Shown: one piece after another, positions 53,097 to 61,559 of the stretch | Position numbering within the stretch: the first letter of the stretch is position 1 | Layout: the number at the start of each line of letters is the position of its first letter | Position numbers and translations under genes: made by a program | From: Gaiellaceae bacterium | Lineage (GTDB): Bacteria; Actinomycetota; Thermoleophilia; Gaiellales; Gaiellaceae | Direction: 5' to 3' | Assembly (NCBI GenBank): GCA_036824055.1 | Contig: DAITAW010000004.1 | Span: 2,114 to 66,113, forward strand | DNA length: 64,000 nt | Notes under the pieces: generated by a model | Databases searched by the model: none | What the model saw: only the letters and a program-made list of their open reading frames with translations | Told to the model about the DNA's origin: nothing

Positions 53097-54920
53097 ATGC
53101 GGAATCCACGGAATTCGACTAACGGCATTCGTTCGAATGCGCTCTGGGGGTCTGGTTCTCGCGGCGACTCCCGGCGGAACACGCTCTGGGGATCGGGCAG
53201 CGGGAAGCGCGGCAATGCTCTCTGGGGTCGAGGCGGTCGCAGCGTCGTGCTGACCGCGCTTGCGGCCTGCACGCTGCTTCTACCGCTTGCTGCAGGCGCG
53301 CAAGACGGCGGCCCCGGCAACCACGGTCAGACATTCATCACTCCGGGGCTGCTCGACAAGGCAGCGCAGGATCCGGGCAAGAAGCTTCACGTCATCGTCC
53401 AGAGCTCTGCCGGCACGAGTGACGCCGTCAACAAGATCGTCGGACTTGGCGCCGGCGTGCGTAGGCGCCTGGATCTGATCGGCGCGGTTGCGATCGACAT
53501 CACGGCTGGGAAGCTCGCGTCACTCTCGAAGCAGCCGGGCCTGACGATCACGCCCGACTCTTCGGTCCACCTCGCGGGCACGATCTCGTCGGATCAGATG
53601 TGGCCGTACGAGTCCGGCGTCTCGAAGCTCTGGGGTACGGCGACGAGCCCTGCTCCGCAGGCGCCGACGATTGCGATCGTCGACTCCGGGATCGAGGCCA
53701 ATCGTGCGGACTTCGGGAACGGCTCGCGTGTCGTCGGCAACGTCACGTTGACCGGCTCGACCGCCAACACGCCGGGTGACGGCCGTGGACACGGCACCTT
53801 CGTTGCGGGGATTGCGGCGGGGTCGGCCGACCACTATGCGGGCGCGGCTCCGAACGCCGGAATCCTCTCGATCGACGTCATGGATGACACGGGCACTGCT
53901 CGAACCAGCGACGTCATTGCCGCGTGCGACTACATCCTCGCGAACAAAGGCAAGTACAACATCCGCGTAGCGAACTTCTCGCTCCATTCGGCTGCGTTCA
54001 ACCACTTCTACAATGATCCCCTCGACCTCGCGGTCGAGAAGCTCTGGTTCAACGGGATCTTCGTCGTCGCAGCCGCGGGGAACTACGGTAGCTCCGCAGG
54101 GCCGAGCGGCGTCATGCACGCGCCCGGCAACGATCCGTTCGTCATGACGGTCGGCGCAGTCGACATCGGCAGCAAGGTCGCCGTCGGTGACGACTCGAAC
54201 GCTCCGTGGTCGGCGTACGGTTACACCGAAGACGGCTTCGCGAAGCCCGAAATGGGCGCTCCGGGCCGCTACATGATCGGGCCGGTGCCACAGAGCTCGA
54301 CCCTCGTGGCGCAGAAGCCGGGAAATGTCGTCGCGCCTGGTTACATCCAACTCTCAGGCACGTCTTTCGCAGCGCCGGTCATTGCCGGAGTGGCCGCGCA
54401 ACTGATCGCTCGGCATCCGGACTGGACGCCGGACCAGGTCAAGGGCGCTCTGATGATGACCACCAAGCCGGCTCCTCACGCGCAGCCGGGTTCCGTCGGT
54501 GTCGGACAGTTGAACGCTGCGAAGTTGCCAGGCCTGACGGGAACTCCGCCGAACCCGAATCTGGCGCTGAACAGGTTCGTCGTCTCGGGCTCTGGAGGTG
54601 CCAGCTTCGACGCCGCCAGCTGGGCAGCGATGGTTGCCGGGAATGCCTCGTGGGCCGACGCCTCGTGGGCCGACGCCTCCTGGGCCGACGCGTCCTGGAG
54701 CGCGGCTTCGTGGGCGGACGCTTCGTGGGCGGACGCCTCGTGGGCCGATGCTTCGTGGGCGGATCTGGCTTACGCTCAGGCGTCGTGGGCAGACAGCGCA
54801 ACGGAAGACGGAGCGGACGCCGAAGCGGCGGGCACTCCGCCCGAGATGTCGGCTGACTCGTTCACGGAGCTGCAGACCGATCCGTATCTGGCGCTGTCCG
54901 CAACGCCAACCTCTCCCTAG
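53097..54920 (+). CDS. S8 (subtilisin-family) serine peptidase with N-terminal LWG motifs and a C-terminal ASWAD repeat tail
   Basis: Catalytic triad contexts IAIVDSGI, GHGTFVAGIAAG and SGTSFAAPVIAGVAA. Hydrophobic signal/anchor VVLTALAACTLLLPLAAGA. ATG at 53097 follows AAAAGGAG. Confidence 0.85.
   Translation: MRNPRNSTNGIRSNALWGSGSRGDSRRNTLWGSGSGKRGNALWGRGGRSVVLTALAACTLLLPLAAGAQDGGPGNHGQTFITPGLLDKAAQDPGKKLHVIVQSSAGTSDAVNKIVGLGAGVRRRLDLIGAVAIDITAGKLASLSKQPGLTITPDSSVHLAGTISSDQMWPYESGVSKLWGTATSPAPQAPTIAIVDSGIEANRADFGNGSRVVGNVTLTGSTANTPGDGRGHGTFVAGIAAGSADHYAGAAPNAGILSIDVMDDTGTARTSDVIAACDYILANKGKYNIRVANFSLHSAAFNHFYNDPLDLAVEKLWFNGIFVVAAAGNYGSSAGPSGVMHAPGNDPFVMTVGAVDIGSKVAVGDDSNAPWSAYGYTEDGFAKPEMGAPGRYMIGPVPQSSTLVAQKPGNVVAPGYIQLSGTSFAAPVIAGVAAQLIARHPDWTPDQVKGALMMTTKPAPHAQPGSVGVGQLNAAKLPGLTGTPPNPNLALNRFVVSGSGGASFDAASWAAMVAGNASWADASWADASWADASWSAASWADASWADASWADASWADLAYAQASWADSATEDGADAEAAGTPPEMSADSFTELQTDPYLALSATPTSP
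54645..54794 (+). repeat. Ten tandem 15-nt units encoding (ASWAD)n within the S8 peptidase gene
   Basis: The units read ASWAD x3, ASWSA, ASWAD x4, LAYAQ, ASWAD. The DNA unit is gcSt cgtgg gcS gaY, with synonymous variation between copies. Confidence 0.9.
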
Positions 54921-55051
54921 ATTCGCACCGCAAGTCGGGGGCTCTCGCAACGGGAGTCCCCGACTTGTGCTGCCCGCGTCGCCTGTTCGTAGTTTGTAAG
55001 AGAAGTGCTGTGACAGCCGCGCCCGTCGGTGGCCTTCGCTAGCCTCGTTGC

Positions 55052-56410
55052 ATGCTTCGGGGGGTTGGACGCGTGGCCTTGACCGTGATGCTAAGGCTGC
55101 TCGTGCTCGTTGGCTGCCATCGCAAGGCAGCCGCGGTGGCGTATCGATCACGTGCGCGTCGCCTTGCGCTCGATGCTCACGGCCGGATGCGTAGGTGGGG
55201 GGTCTCGTTCGACCTCAATCTGAACGACAACGTTCAGCGCACGTTCTATTACACGGGCTGGTACGAGCGGGCCTTCCTGAAGTTCCTGCGAGACGAGCTT
55301 CGGTCCGACGACACCTACATCGACGTCGGCGCCCACGTCGGCATCGATGCAGCCTTCGTCGCGAATCTTGCCCCGGCGGGAACAGTTGTCGCTTTCGAGC
55401 CCGCGCCCGACACGGTGGCAGTGCTCCGCAACTCCGTTGGTCGACTCGACAACGTGGAGGTGATTCCTGCCGCGCTCGGCGACGAAGCAGGCACGCTGAC
55501 ACTGCGCGCGAATCCGAAGTGGCATCCCGAAGATGCGGCCATACGCTCGTCTGTCGGCGCAGGCCTGCCCGTTTGCGAGGCACCGCTCATCCGCTTCGAC
55601 GACTGGGCGACCGACCTCACGCGCATGGACGTGATCAAGATCGACGTCGAAGGCGCCGAGCTCGACGTCCTCAAAGGCATGCTGCAGTCGCTCAGGCGAC
55701 TCCGACCACGCGTGGTCGCGGTCGAGATCTATCCGCCCTACCTCGCAGCTGCCGGAACGAGTGAAGAGGAGATCGTGGAGCTTCTTGCGGACGTCGGCTA
55801 TGCGCGAGAGCGGACGATCGGCGACAACACGATCTTTCGTCTCCGCGGCACCGCCCCGGCGCGGGCGCGTAGCAGAGCGACTCGGGCGAAGTCCAGCCTG
55901 CTCCCATCGGCTCTTCGACCGGCGCTCCCACTCGCAGCAGCCTCGGTCGCGCTCAGCGCGTGGTTTGCAAAAGCCGTGATCCTTCGGGGCTACGATCCTG
56001 TCTGGGGACAGGTGGGCGTCGGCTGGGGCTTATGGACCTTCCTGGTCCCCGGTTGCGCCCTGATTGTCTTGATCATCGCGGTCGCCTTGCTTGCACTGCG
56101 GAACAGAGAGCATGCCCGCGCTCTCGCGGGCTTGATCCCGGATTGCCTCGTACTCGTTAGCCGGCTTCTGCGAGACAGCCGCGTCCCGCGACGACGGAAG
56201 CTTCTGCTCGTGCTTCTTCTCGGCTACCTCGCCATGCCCATCGATCCCATTCCGGATCTCATCCCGATCGTGGGCCAACTCGACGACATGCTCGTCTTCG
56301 CGTTCGTGCTACGGCGGTTCCTGCGCGCAGGCGGGGAGCCGCTAGTGCGCCAACATTGGCCCGGCCCGGACGTATCGCTGCGGCTCGTTCTCCGCCTCGC
56401 AACGAACTGA
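55052..56410 (+). CDS. FkbM-family methyltransferase fused to a C-terminal DUF1232 (YkvA-like) membrane domain
   Basis: DVGAHVGIDAAF, VVAFEPAP, ALGDEAGTLTL and DVIKIDVEGAELDVLKG (FkbM). Then TM segments and LGYLAMPIDPIPDLIPIVGQLDDMLVFAFVLR (DUF1232). Start uncertain. Confidence 0.7.
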   Translation: MLRGVGRVALTVMLRLLVLVGCHRKAAAVAYRSRARRLALDAHGRMRRWGVSFDLNLNDNVQRTFYYTGWYERAFLKFLRDELRSDDTYIDVGAHVGIDAAFVANLAPAGTVVAFEPAPDTVAVLRNSVGRLDNVEVIPAALGDEAGTLTLRANPKWHPEDAAIRSSVGAGLPVCEAPLIRFDDWATDLTRMDVIKIDVEGAELDVLKGMLQSLRRLRPRVVAVEIYPPYLAAAGTSEEEIVELLADVGYARERTIGDNTIFRLRGTAPARARSRATRAKSSLLPSALRPALPLAAASVALSAWFAKAVILRGYDPVWGQVGVGWGLWTFLVPGCALIVLIIAVALLALRNREHARALAGLIPDCLVLVSRLLRDSRVPRRRKLLLVLLLGYLAMPIDPIPDLIPIVGQLDDMLVFAFVLRRFLRAGGEPLVRQHWPGPDVSLRLVLRLATN

Positions 56411-56444
56411 CCCGCATGGCCGCACAATCCTGAGGGGACCCTCG

Positions 56445-56939
56445 CTATCGAAGCAGCACGAAGACGTCGCCGTGGGTCTTTCCGCGTGTGGCGTGGATGC
56501 GCCAGCAGCCTGTCTCCCAGAAGAACCATCCCGTGCCCCACTCGCCGCCGGGGTGAACCCAGTTCGACCCCGTATGGCGGTCGGGCCCCCACACCGGATT
56601 GACGCGTGTGCCGCTCGGCGCGATCGCGAAGATTCGTAGCGGGCCTGTCCCGGTCATCCGCCAGATCCACTTCAGTGGATACGGCTGCGAAACGAGTCCA
56701 ACGAAGGTTGCGAGAGGGGGTTCGGCAGAGGGTCCGAAGCCAAAGACCCACATCTGGCCTCTGTTGGTCGCACCTCGGATTTCAGGCCAGCCCGTGGGTT
56801 TGTAGGAGCTGACGGTCGAAGGCGGAGAGCATGTGATTGCCGATGCAGCAGTGGCGTGAAGCCGATCGGCCCCCGCGAAGAGCGCGGCGATCGCAGTCGC
56901 AACGGCGGCAAGCACGACCCGCATGACGTGATTATTCAT
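56445..56939 (-). CDS. Hypothetical secreted protein
   Basis: Signal-peptide-like N-terminus MNNHVMRVVLAAVATAIAALFAGA and a Trp/Gly-rich mature part. The upstream part of the 257-aa ORF overlaps tRNA-Gln and is discarded. Confidence 0.5.
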   Translation of the reverse strand: MNNHVMRVVLAAVATAIAALFAGADRLHATAASAITCSPPSTVSSYKPTGWPEIRGATNRGQMWVFGFGPSAEPPLATFVGLVSQPYPLKWIWRMTGTGPLRIFAIAPSGTRVNPVWGPDRHTGSNWVHPGGEWGTGWFFWETGCWRIHATRGKTHGDVFVLLR

Positions 56940-57011
56940 GCGCCTGAGGAACCAGTTTCGACGGTGGTCCGCCAAAACAAAAAACCTGAGATTTCGAGGG
57001 TGGTCGTGGAG

Positions 57012-57082
57012 CTGCGGGGCAAGGACTCGAACCTTGACTACCTGATCCAGAGTCAGGCGTCCTACCATTAGACGACCCCGCA
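57012..57082 (-). tRNA. tRNA-Gln (anticodon CUG)
   Basis: Hand-folded cloverleaf: TGCGGGG-TC-GTCT-AATGGTA-GGAC-G-CCTGA-CTCTGGA-TCAGG-TAGT-CAAGG-TTCGAGT-CCTTG-CCCCGCA-G. It has the U1:A72 pair typical of bacterial tRNA-Gln. CCA is not encoded. Confidence 0.85.
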
Positions 57083-57211
57083 ACGGGCCGACATTGTACC
57101 GGCGCTCCTTGCGCTTTTCGGCGCATTCCTTTGTTGAAAGCGCCACTGACCGGACTGCTCTCGGCGTCCCCCAAAGGCGACTGTTTCCCCTCGCTAGACT
57201 GAATCCCGCTC

Positions 57212-57284
57212 GGCCCATTCGTCTAGTGGCCTAGGACACCGCCCTCTCACGGCGGCGGCACGGGTTCGAATCCCGTATGGGCCT
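57212..57284 (+). tRNA. tRNA-Glu (anticodon CUC)
   Basis: Hand-folded cloverleaf: GGCCCAT-TC-GTCT-AGTGGCCTA-GGAC-A-CCGCC-CTCTCAC-GGCGG-CGGC-ACGGG-TTCGAAT-CCCGT-ATGGGCC-T. A TAGACT -10-like box at 57195-57200 lies 11 nt upstream. Confidence 0.9.
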
Positions 57285-57286
57285 TT
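57261..57286 (+). repeat. 26-bp direct repeat, copy 1 (3' part of tRNA-Glu; attL-like)
   Basis: CGGGTTCGAATCCCGTATGGGCCTTT is identical to 63897-63922. Confidence 0.9.
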
Positions 57287-57710
57287 CTGACGCGCCTGGC
57301 TACCCGCGCACCGCATGGTTACGCGGGTCAGGTGTGTCAGGGGTGCCGCGAATGCGCATGCGGTGCAGACCCCGGTGATACCTCCGCGAGTTGTCCGCTC
57401 AGACACCAGGACCTTCCGCCCGATGAGCGGGCGTCGAAGGGTCGGCCGGACCAGTAGGACCGGCGCGGGACGAGGGTTCGACACACCTCGATCTGCGGCC
57501 TCTGAGGAGAAGCCCCGCGTCGGCCTGACGACGGTAACTCGGCGAGGGGGGCGAGCGCCTGTACGAAGGATCAAAGTTGCGACGGACAGACGGCTAGGTG
57601 CAACCGCGACGGGCGGCTTCGGCTGCGGGCTGGGCCTGGACAGGCCGCCTGTTCTGCGTAAGTTGAGTAGAAGGGGCGGGTCGTCCACATCGGGGAGGGG
57701 TCTTCGAGAC

Positions 57711-57950
57711 GTGTGGCCAGAGGTAACAATCGAGGCGTGCAATCACGACGAGGTGAATTGCCTCGTGCGAGCGCTAAGCAAAGACGGCTACGCCTCGCGC
57801 GTGCGCGATGGGTTCCGAGTTGAGGTCAGCAATGGCAACCCAGCAGCAATCCTGAGCGCAGTCCAAGCGTGCCTCATCAAGGAAGGGATCAAGTCAGTTT
57901 CGATTGTGCTGAAGACGGGCCGCAAGCTGGCGCTGTCCCGTCCGGCTTAG
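57711..57950 (+). CDS. Hypothetical small protein (79 aa)
   Basis: GTG at 57711 lies 10 nt after GGGGAGGGG. The composition is protein-like (VWPEVTIEACNHDEVNCLVRALSKDGYASRVRDGFRVEV...). The upstream part of the 211-aa ORF is Arg-rich and was rejected. Confidence 0.35.
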   Translation: MWPEVTIEACNHDEVNCLVRALSKDGYASRVRDGFRVEVSNGNPAAILSAVQACLIKEGIKSVSIVLKTGRKLALSRPA

Positions 57951-58317
57951 AAGCAGCGTGCCGCTCCTCGATCGACCGAAGACCTCTGAGGGCTAGAACT
58001 GGGCGGCGATCAGCCAAGCACCCATAGCTGCGACAGTTGCGCCGAGTACCGGGATTCCGACCCGGATAAAAACGGCGTGGCGCCACGCCGGATCACGAAC
58101 CGGGAAGAACTTTGGGCGAGGCCGCGCAAACACAGCAGCCTTATCGGCAACGTCTTCGCCGAGCTTTACGAAACCAGCCGACCCTTGCGGCCGTCGTGAG
58201 ACCTAGCTGTGAACCGCCGCCCGGCACACAACCCCATACCTTTGGTGGATTGACGCTGACTGTCCGCTCGCCGAAGCTGAGATAGACGTCTCCTGCGGGG
58301 AGGCGCACTGCGGGAAC

Positions 58318-58527
58318 ATGCTGATAGGAGACACCGTCACCCACGACGGGCGGACTTACAACGTCGTTGGCTTCACGCCGACGAGCGTTCGGCCTGCCCA
58401 GGTCCAATTGAGCGACCCTGCGACGGGCGCCATCGTCTGGGTGGACCTGCCGCTTCAAGCCGAAAGCGCGTTTGAACGGGCCGCCCTCCGACTCGTCTCC
58501 CGTGACCGCCGTCGAGAGGAAGGCTAG
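58318..58527 (+). CDS. Hypothetical small protein (69 aa)
   Basis: Balanced composition (MLIGDTVTHDGRTYNVVGFTPTSVRPAQVQLSDPATGAIVWVDLPL...). The next ORF follows 8 nt later. Confidence 0.4.
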   Translation: MLIGDTVTHDGRTYNVVGFTPTSVRPAQVQLSDPATGAIVWVDLPLQAESAFERAALRLVSRDRRREEG

Positions 58528-58535
58528 GATCGGAA

Positions 58536-58949
58536 GTGCCGCCGCCCCTGCGGCCTTCTATGACGTCGCAGGGAAGCGCACAAGGCAGATTTCAGCGGGC
58601 GATCCGCGCCCGCAACCTATGGGACGCGACGATCGCGGCACACGAGCTCGGCCACGTCAGCCTCGGCAACGCGCTCGCGCTCACGCTGCTCACCGCTGAA
58701 GTCGGCGACGACCGCTGGCCTCGAGCCGCCGCACGCTGGCTGGGACGTTTCATCATCGAATCACCCGCCATAACCATTGGTGAGGCCGGTCTAGCTGCTG
58801 CGGCGATCCAAGAGCTAGCCGGTGGGGGTCGGGGAGTGGCCGCCGAGACCCTGCGGCAACTCGCCTCAACGCACGGCCACTCGACCGTCGCGGCACTTCT
58901 AGAACCTCCTGCTAAGGCGCTGCGTCCCGGAGAACGCCGCCTCAGGTGA
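58536..58949 (+). CDS. Hypothetical helical protein (137 aa)
   Basis: RFQRAIRARNLWDATIAAHELGHVSLGNALALTLL...RAAARWLGRFIIE has a helical-repeat-like composition. An alternative ATG lies at 58560. Confidence 0.4.
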   Translation: MPPPLRPSMTSQGSAQGRFQRAIRARNLWDATIAAHELGHVSLGNALALTLLTAEVGDDRWPRAAARWLGRFIIESPAITIGEAGLAAAAIQELAGGGRGVAAETLRQLASTHGHSTVAALLEPPAKALRPGERRLR

Positions 58950-59313
58950 CCGCTTAACCGCGGCGCCTACTGCGACGGCCCGAGCGCTCGAACATCAGCG
59001 CAAGAACAGCCGCGAAGGCCATACCTCCTAAAGCGCCCCACATTTTCTCCCCTTTCGTCGGAATCGCCCGGCCAGCAAGGAGCCCCCTCCCCGACCGAGC
59101 CGTGCATCCCCGACCACGTCAGCACAGTTTTTCCAGAACCGCGGCGGTAAAACAAGTAGGTCCGCCACCGTGATCCGGCTGAGAGTGGGCGAGCCCCGGC
59201 GAGCCTGCGCGCCGCCAGCTGCGCGGCCCTTTCCCTAGGCTCGCCCCTCCTGACATCGGTGGGTGGCGCGCCAAGCGCAATCCCCCGCCACCGCCACTCC
59301 TAGAATCGTGTCC

Positions 59314-59502
59314 GTGAGCACCGAGCAGGTCGCTCTGATCCCGCGGTGCGCCGAATGCGGCGAACGTCGGATCCCGAGAGCTAGGCCGCGGCAGTCGGAT
59401 CTATCCAAACGGCCAGGGCATTCGCGTGTCGACTCGAACCAGCCTTCGGCGTGCCCGCCGACGACAATGCGGCGTTGCCTGCGACACACGATAACTTTCT
59501 AG
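59314..59502 (+). CDS. Zn-ribbon paralog 1, probably degenerate after the first CxxC
   Basis: VSTEQVALIPRCAECGER parallels the start of the 60026 gene. The shared upstream CTCCTAGAATC places a TAGAAT box at 59301-59306. The C-terminal half has lost the second CxxC. Confidence 0.3.
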   Translation: MSTEQVALIPRCAECGERRIPRARPRQSDLSKRPGHSRVDSNQPSACPPTTMRRCLRHTITF

Positions 59503-59732
59503 AGGTTTCAGAAGTTTCAACGGAGCTTTTATAGGGTTGAAGTTACCCCCGGTGGGGGAAGTCCCCCCACCCCATAAGGACGAACCTTCTCTGTGGGAGG
59601 GGCCCGGAACGACCGCCTCGGGGGGCCGCAGCCCTGGGTAGGTTCGGAAGCTCCCAAGCTTCCCGGGCTCTCCCCCCAGCCAAGCTAAGAGGCCGGGGAA
59701 ACGAAAACGACAGCAGGCTGCGGCATTCCGAA

Positions 59733-59975
59733 GTGGAGATGCCGATGTGGGTTTGGATCATGATCGGGGTGGGCTCGTTCCTCGGCCTGTCTTTCCTGGC
59801 GGGGTTCGCGTTGGCCGCGATCCTCGGGACGATTGGTCGGCAGATCTCAGAGCTGCATCAAACGGACGATTGGACGACGCTGCCGCCGACTCGAGCTCGG
59901 AAAGAAGTGAAGGAGCAGCAGCCCGAAGAGCCGGCGGCGTCCTCGCGCGTCGATCGGCTGACGCGGCACCATTAG
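59733..59975 (+). CDS. Hypothetical single-pass membrane protein (80 aa)
   Basis: TM segment MWVWIMIGVGSFLGLSFLAGFALAAILGTI followed by a charged tail. Confidence 0.45.
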   Translation: MEMPMWVWIMIGVGSFLGLSFLAGFALAAILGTIGRQISELHQTDDWTTLPPTRARKEVKEQQPEEPAASSRVDRLTRHH

Positions 59976-60025
59976 CGATCTTCCCCGGCGCGCCGCGCGA
60001 TCGACACGCTCCTAGAATCCAGCTT

Positions 60026-60181
60026 GTGAGCGCTGAGCAGCTTGCCATCATCCCCACCTGCGCCGAGTGCGGAGAGCGCTGGCTACCCGACGACGAGGAC
60101 CGCTGGCAGGCGTACTTCGCCACGGACGGCGTACTGATTTTCTACTGCCCGAAGTGCGCGGAGCGCGAGTTCGACCGCTAG
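60026..60181 (+). CDS. Small zinc-ribbon protein (51 aa), paralog 2
   Basis: VSAEQLAIIPTCAECGERWLPDDEDRWQAYFATDGVLIFYCPKCAEREFDR has two CxxC pairs. TAGAAT at 60013-60018 lies 7 nt upstream of the GTG, which suggests a leaderless transcript. Confidence 0.5.
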   Translation: MSAEQLAIIPTCAECGERWLPDDEDRWQAYFATDGVLIFYCPKCAEREFDR

Positions 60182-60350
60182 AGCGCGACTGATGCGCTCG
60201 GATAAGAAACAAAGGGCGGTGTCGGTAACGACCCGGTGCCGCCGAGGCCACTCAGTGCGAAGTCCCACGTTTGGTACCAACTCCCGCACCGCACTGCCTC
60301 AGGGTTGATCGAGGCGGAGCGGTTCAACGCGCCGCACGTGACTCACCCTC

Positions 60351-60704
60351 TTGAGTGATCCGGCGCGTGCGCCGACGCGCTACTCATGGGCAATGACCGT
60401 TCCTCCGGAGGAAGACAGCCGAGAGCCAGCGGATCCCGGCTACGAGCGCGACGCACGCCGTCTATTCCCGATTGGCGAGATGGAGCCAGAGCGGTACGTG
60501 GCCCTCTATGGACACGGCTGGCTAGCCGGCACCATCTTCACAGTCAGGTACGAGGAGCCCGAGATGGACGCCTGGATCTCTCGTGCTGGCGCCCTGCTGT
60601 TCGACTTCAAAAGCCGCGATGCTCTGGAACGAGAGTGGTTGTCTCCTGAAGAGTACGAACAGGTCCAGAGAAGGTATGCGCAACAGATGGACGGCGACCT
60701 TTGA
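60351..60704 (+). CDS. Hypothetical acidic protein (117 aa)
   Basis: Protein-like composition. An alternative ATG lies at 60393. Coupled to the next ORF. Confidence 0.45.
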   Translation: MSDPARAPTRYSWAMTVPPEEDSREPADPGYERDARRLFPIGEMEPERYVALYGHGWLAGTIFTVRYEEPEMDAWISRAGALLFDFKSRDALEREWLSPEEYEQVQRRYAQQMDGDL

Positions 60705-60934
60705 GCCTCCGTGTCGGTACTTCTGATCCGTACCACTACCCGTACGCGATCTTGAGCAAGCGGCTTGGAACGCCGCCCGATGATGGCTACGAGCTGCACT
60801 TTCTCGACGCCGGAACAAAAGCGGAATGGAAGGCACACGCACAGGCGCTGCGAGACAGCGGCGAGTTCGATTGGGTGCGCTTCACAACGATCAACTTCAT
60901 GGATGACGACACTGGCGAACTACTCGGCGGGTAG
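60701..60934 (+). CDS. Hypothetical protein (77 aa)
   Basis: The TTG start overlaps the stop of the preceding ORF (TTGA). Protein-like composition. Confidence 0.4.
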   Translation: MSLRVGTSDPYHYPYAILSKRLGTPPDDGYELHFLDAGTKAEWKAHAQALRDSGEFDWVRFTTINFMDDDTGELLGG

Positions 60935-61191
60935 CGACCTCCGAAGCTGACAGAGATCCGAGCCTGCAGGCGTCCTAAACGGTGAGCCATTCCGCTTCGC
61001 CCGTCGATTAGACGGGGGTAGGTTCGCCATCGTGAACCACACAAGCCACGGGCTGACCCACGCTCTCCGTTTTCGCGAGTGTCAGAAGTTCAGTGCGCTG
61101 CCAAACTGCGAAGTTTTTGGCGTGTCTTGCGCGACGGAGGAGGCAGCCGTGCGCGTGTGACGAACTACACGCATGCCCAGGGGCACCTCGG

Positions 61192-61497
61192 TCACCCACA
61201 CCCCTCCCCGGGGTGCGACCGAGTCGCGGCGTGAACCGCAGACGCCTCGCCCCTGGGCGCCTCCTCCACATCGCAAGACTTGAGCTCGAGCCGCGTCTTG
61301 TTCGTTGGACCCCGCGCCTGTTCGTGCGTTAAGGCTGGCGGGCCTTGGGGAGAGGCTGGCCCGGGCTCCAAGTCACCCACTGTTCGGCCGCCGACCACGA
61401 CCCAGAGCCCTCCGACGAGTCCGACGCACGAAACCACGTAGGGCAGATCGCTGACCGCCACGCGGCGAGAGAGCTCGTCGGTTACACGAGAAGACAC
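61192..61497 (-). CDS. Hypothetical small membrane protein downstream of the histidine kinase
   Basis: One TM segment LPYVVSCVGLVGGLWVVVGG. The C-terminal half is low-complexity, so the true end is uncertain. Confidence 0.25.
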   Translation of the reverse strand: MSSRVTDELSRRVAVSDLPYVVSCVGLVGGLWVVVGGRTVGDLEPGPASPQGPPALTHEQARGPTNKTRLELKSCDVEEAPRGEASAVHAATRSHPGEGCG

Positions 61498-61559
61498 TTT
61501 TATCCAGTAGCGCGACGGTAAAACAGGTCAGCCTACGATCAGGCGTCCACAGACTGAAA

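Noticed and set aside
54645-54794. CRISPR-like array
   Set aside because: The repeat unit is 15 nt, with no spacers, and it lies in-frame within the S8 peptidase gene. It is a coding tandem repeat, not CRISPR.
57287-57710. Integrase gene expected next to tRNA-Glu
   Set aside because: All six frames in this stretch give Arg/Pro-rich or short ORFs with no recombinase motifs (no R..HxxR..Y pattern). No integrase was called.
57993-58097. Minus-strand mini-ORF ending ...VFIRVGIPVLGATVAAMGAWLIAAQF
   Set aside because: It looks like a membrane-helix fragment, but only a GTG about 34 codons from the stop is available, with no SD or context. It is possibly a gene remnant and was not called.
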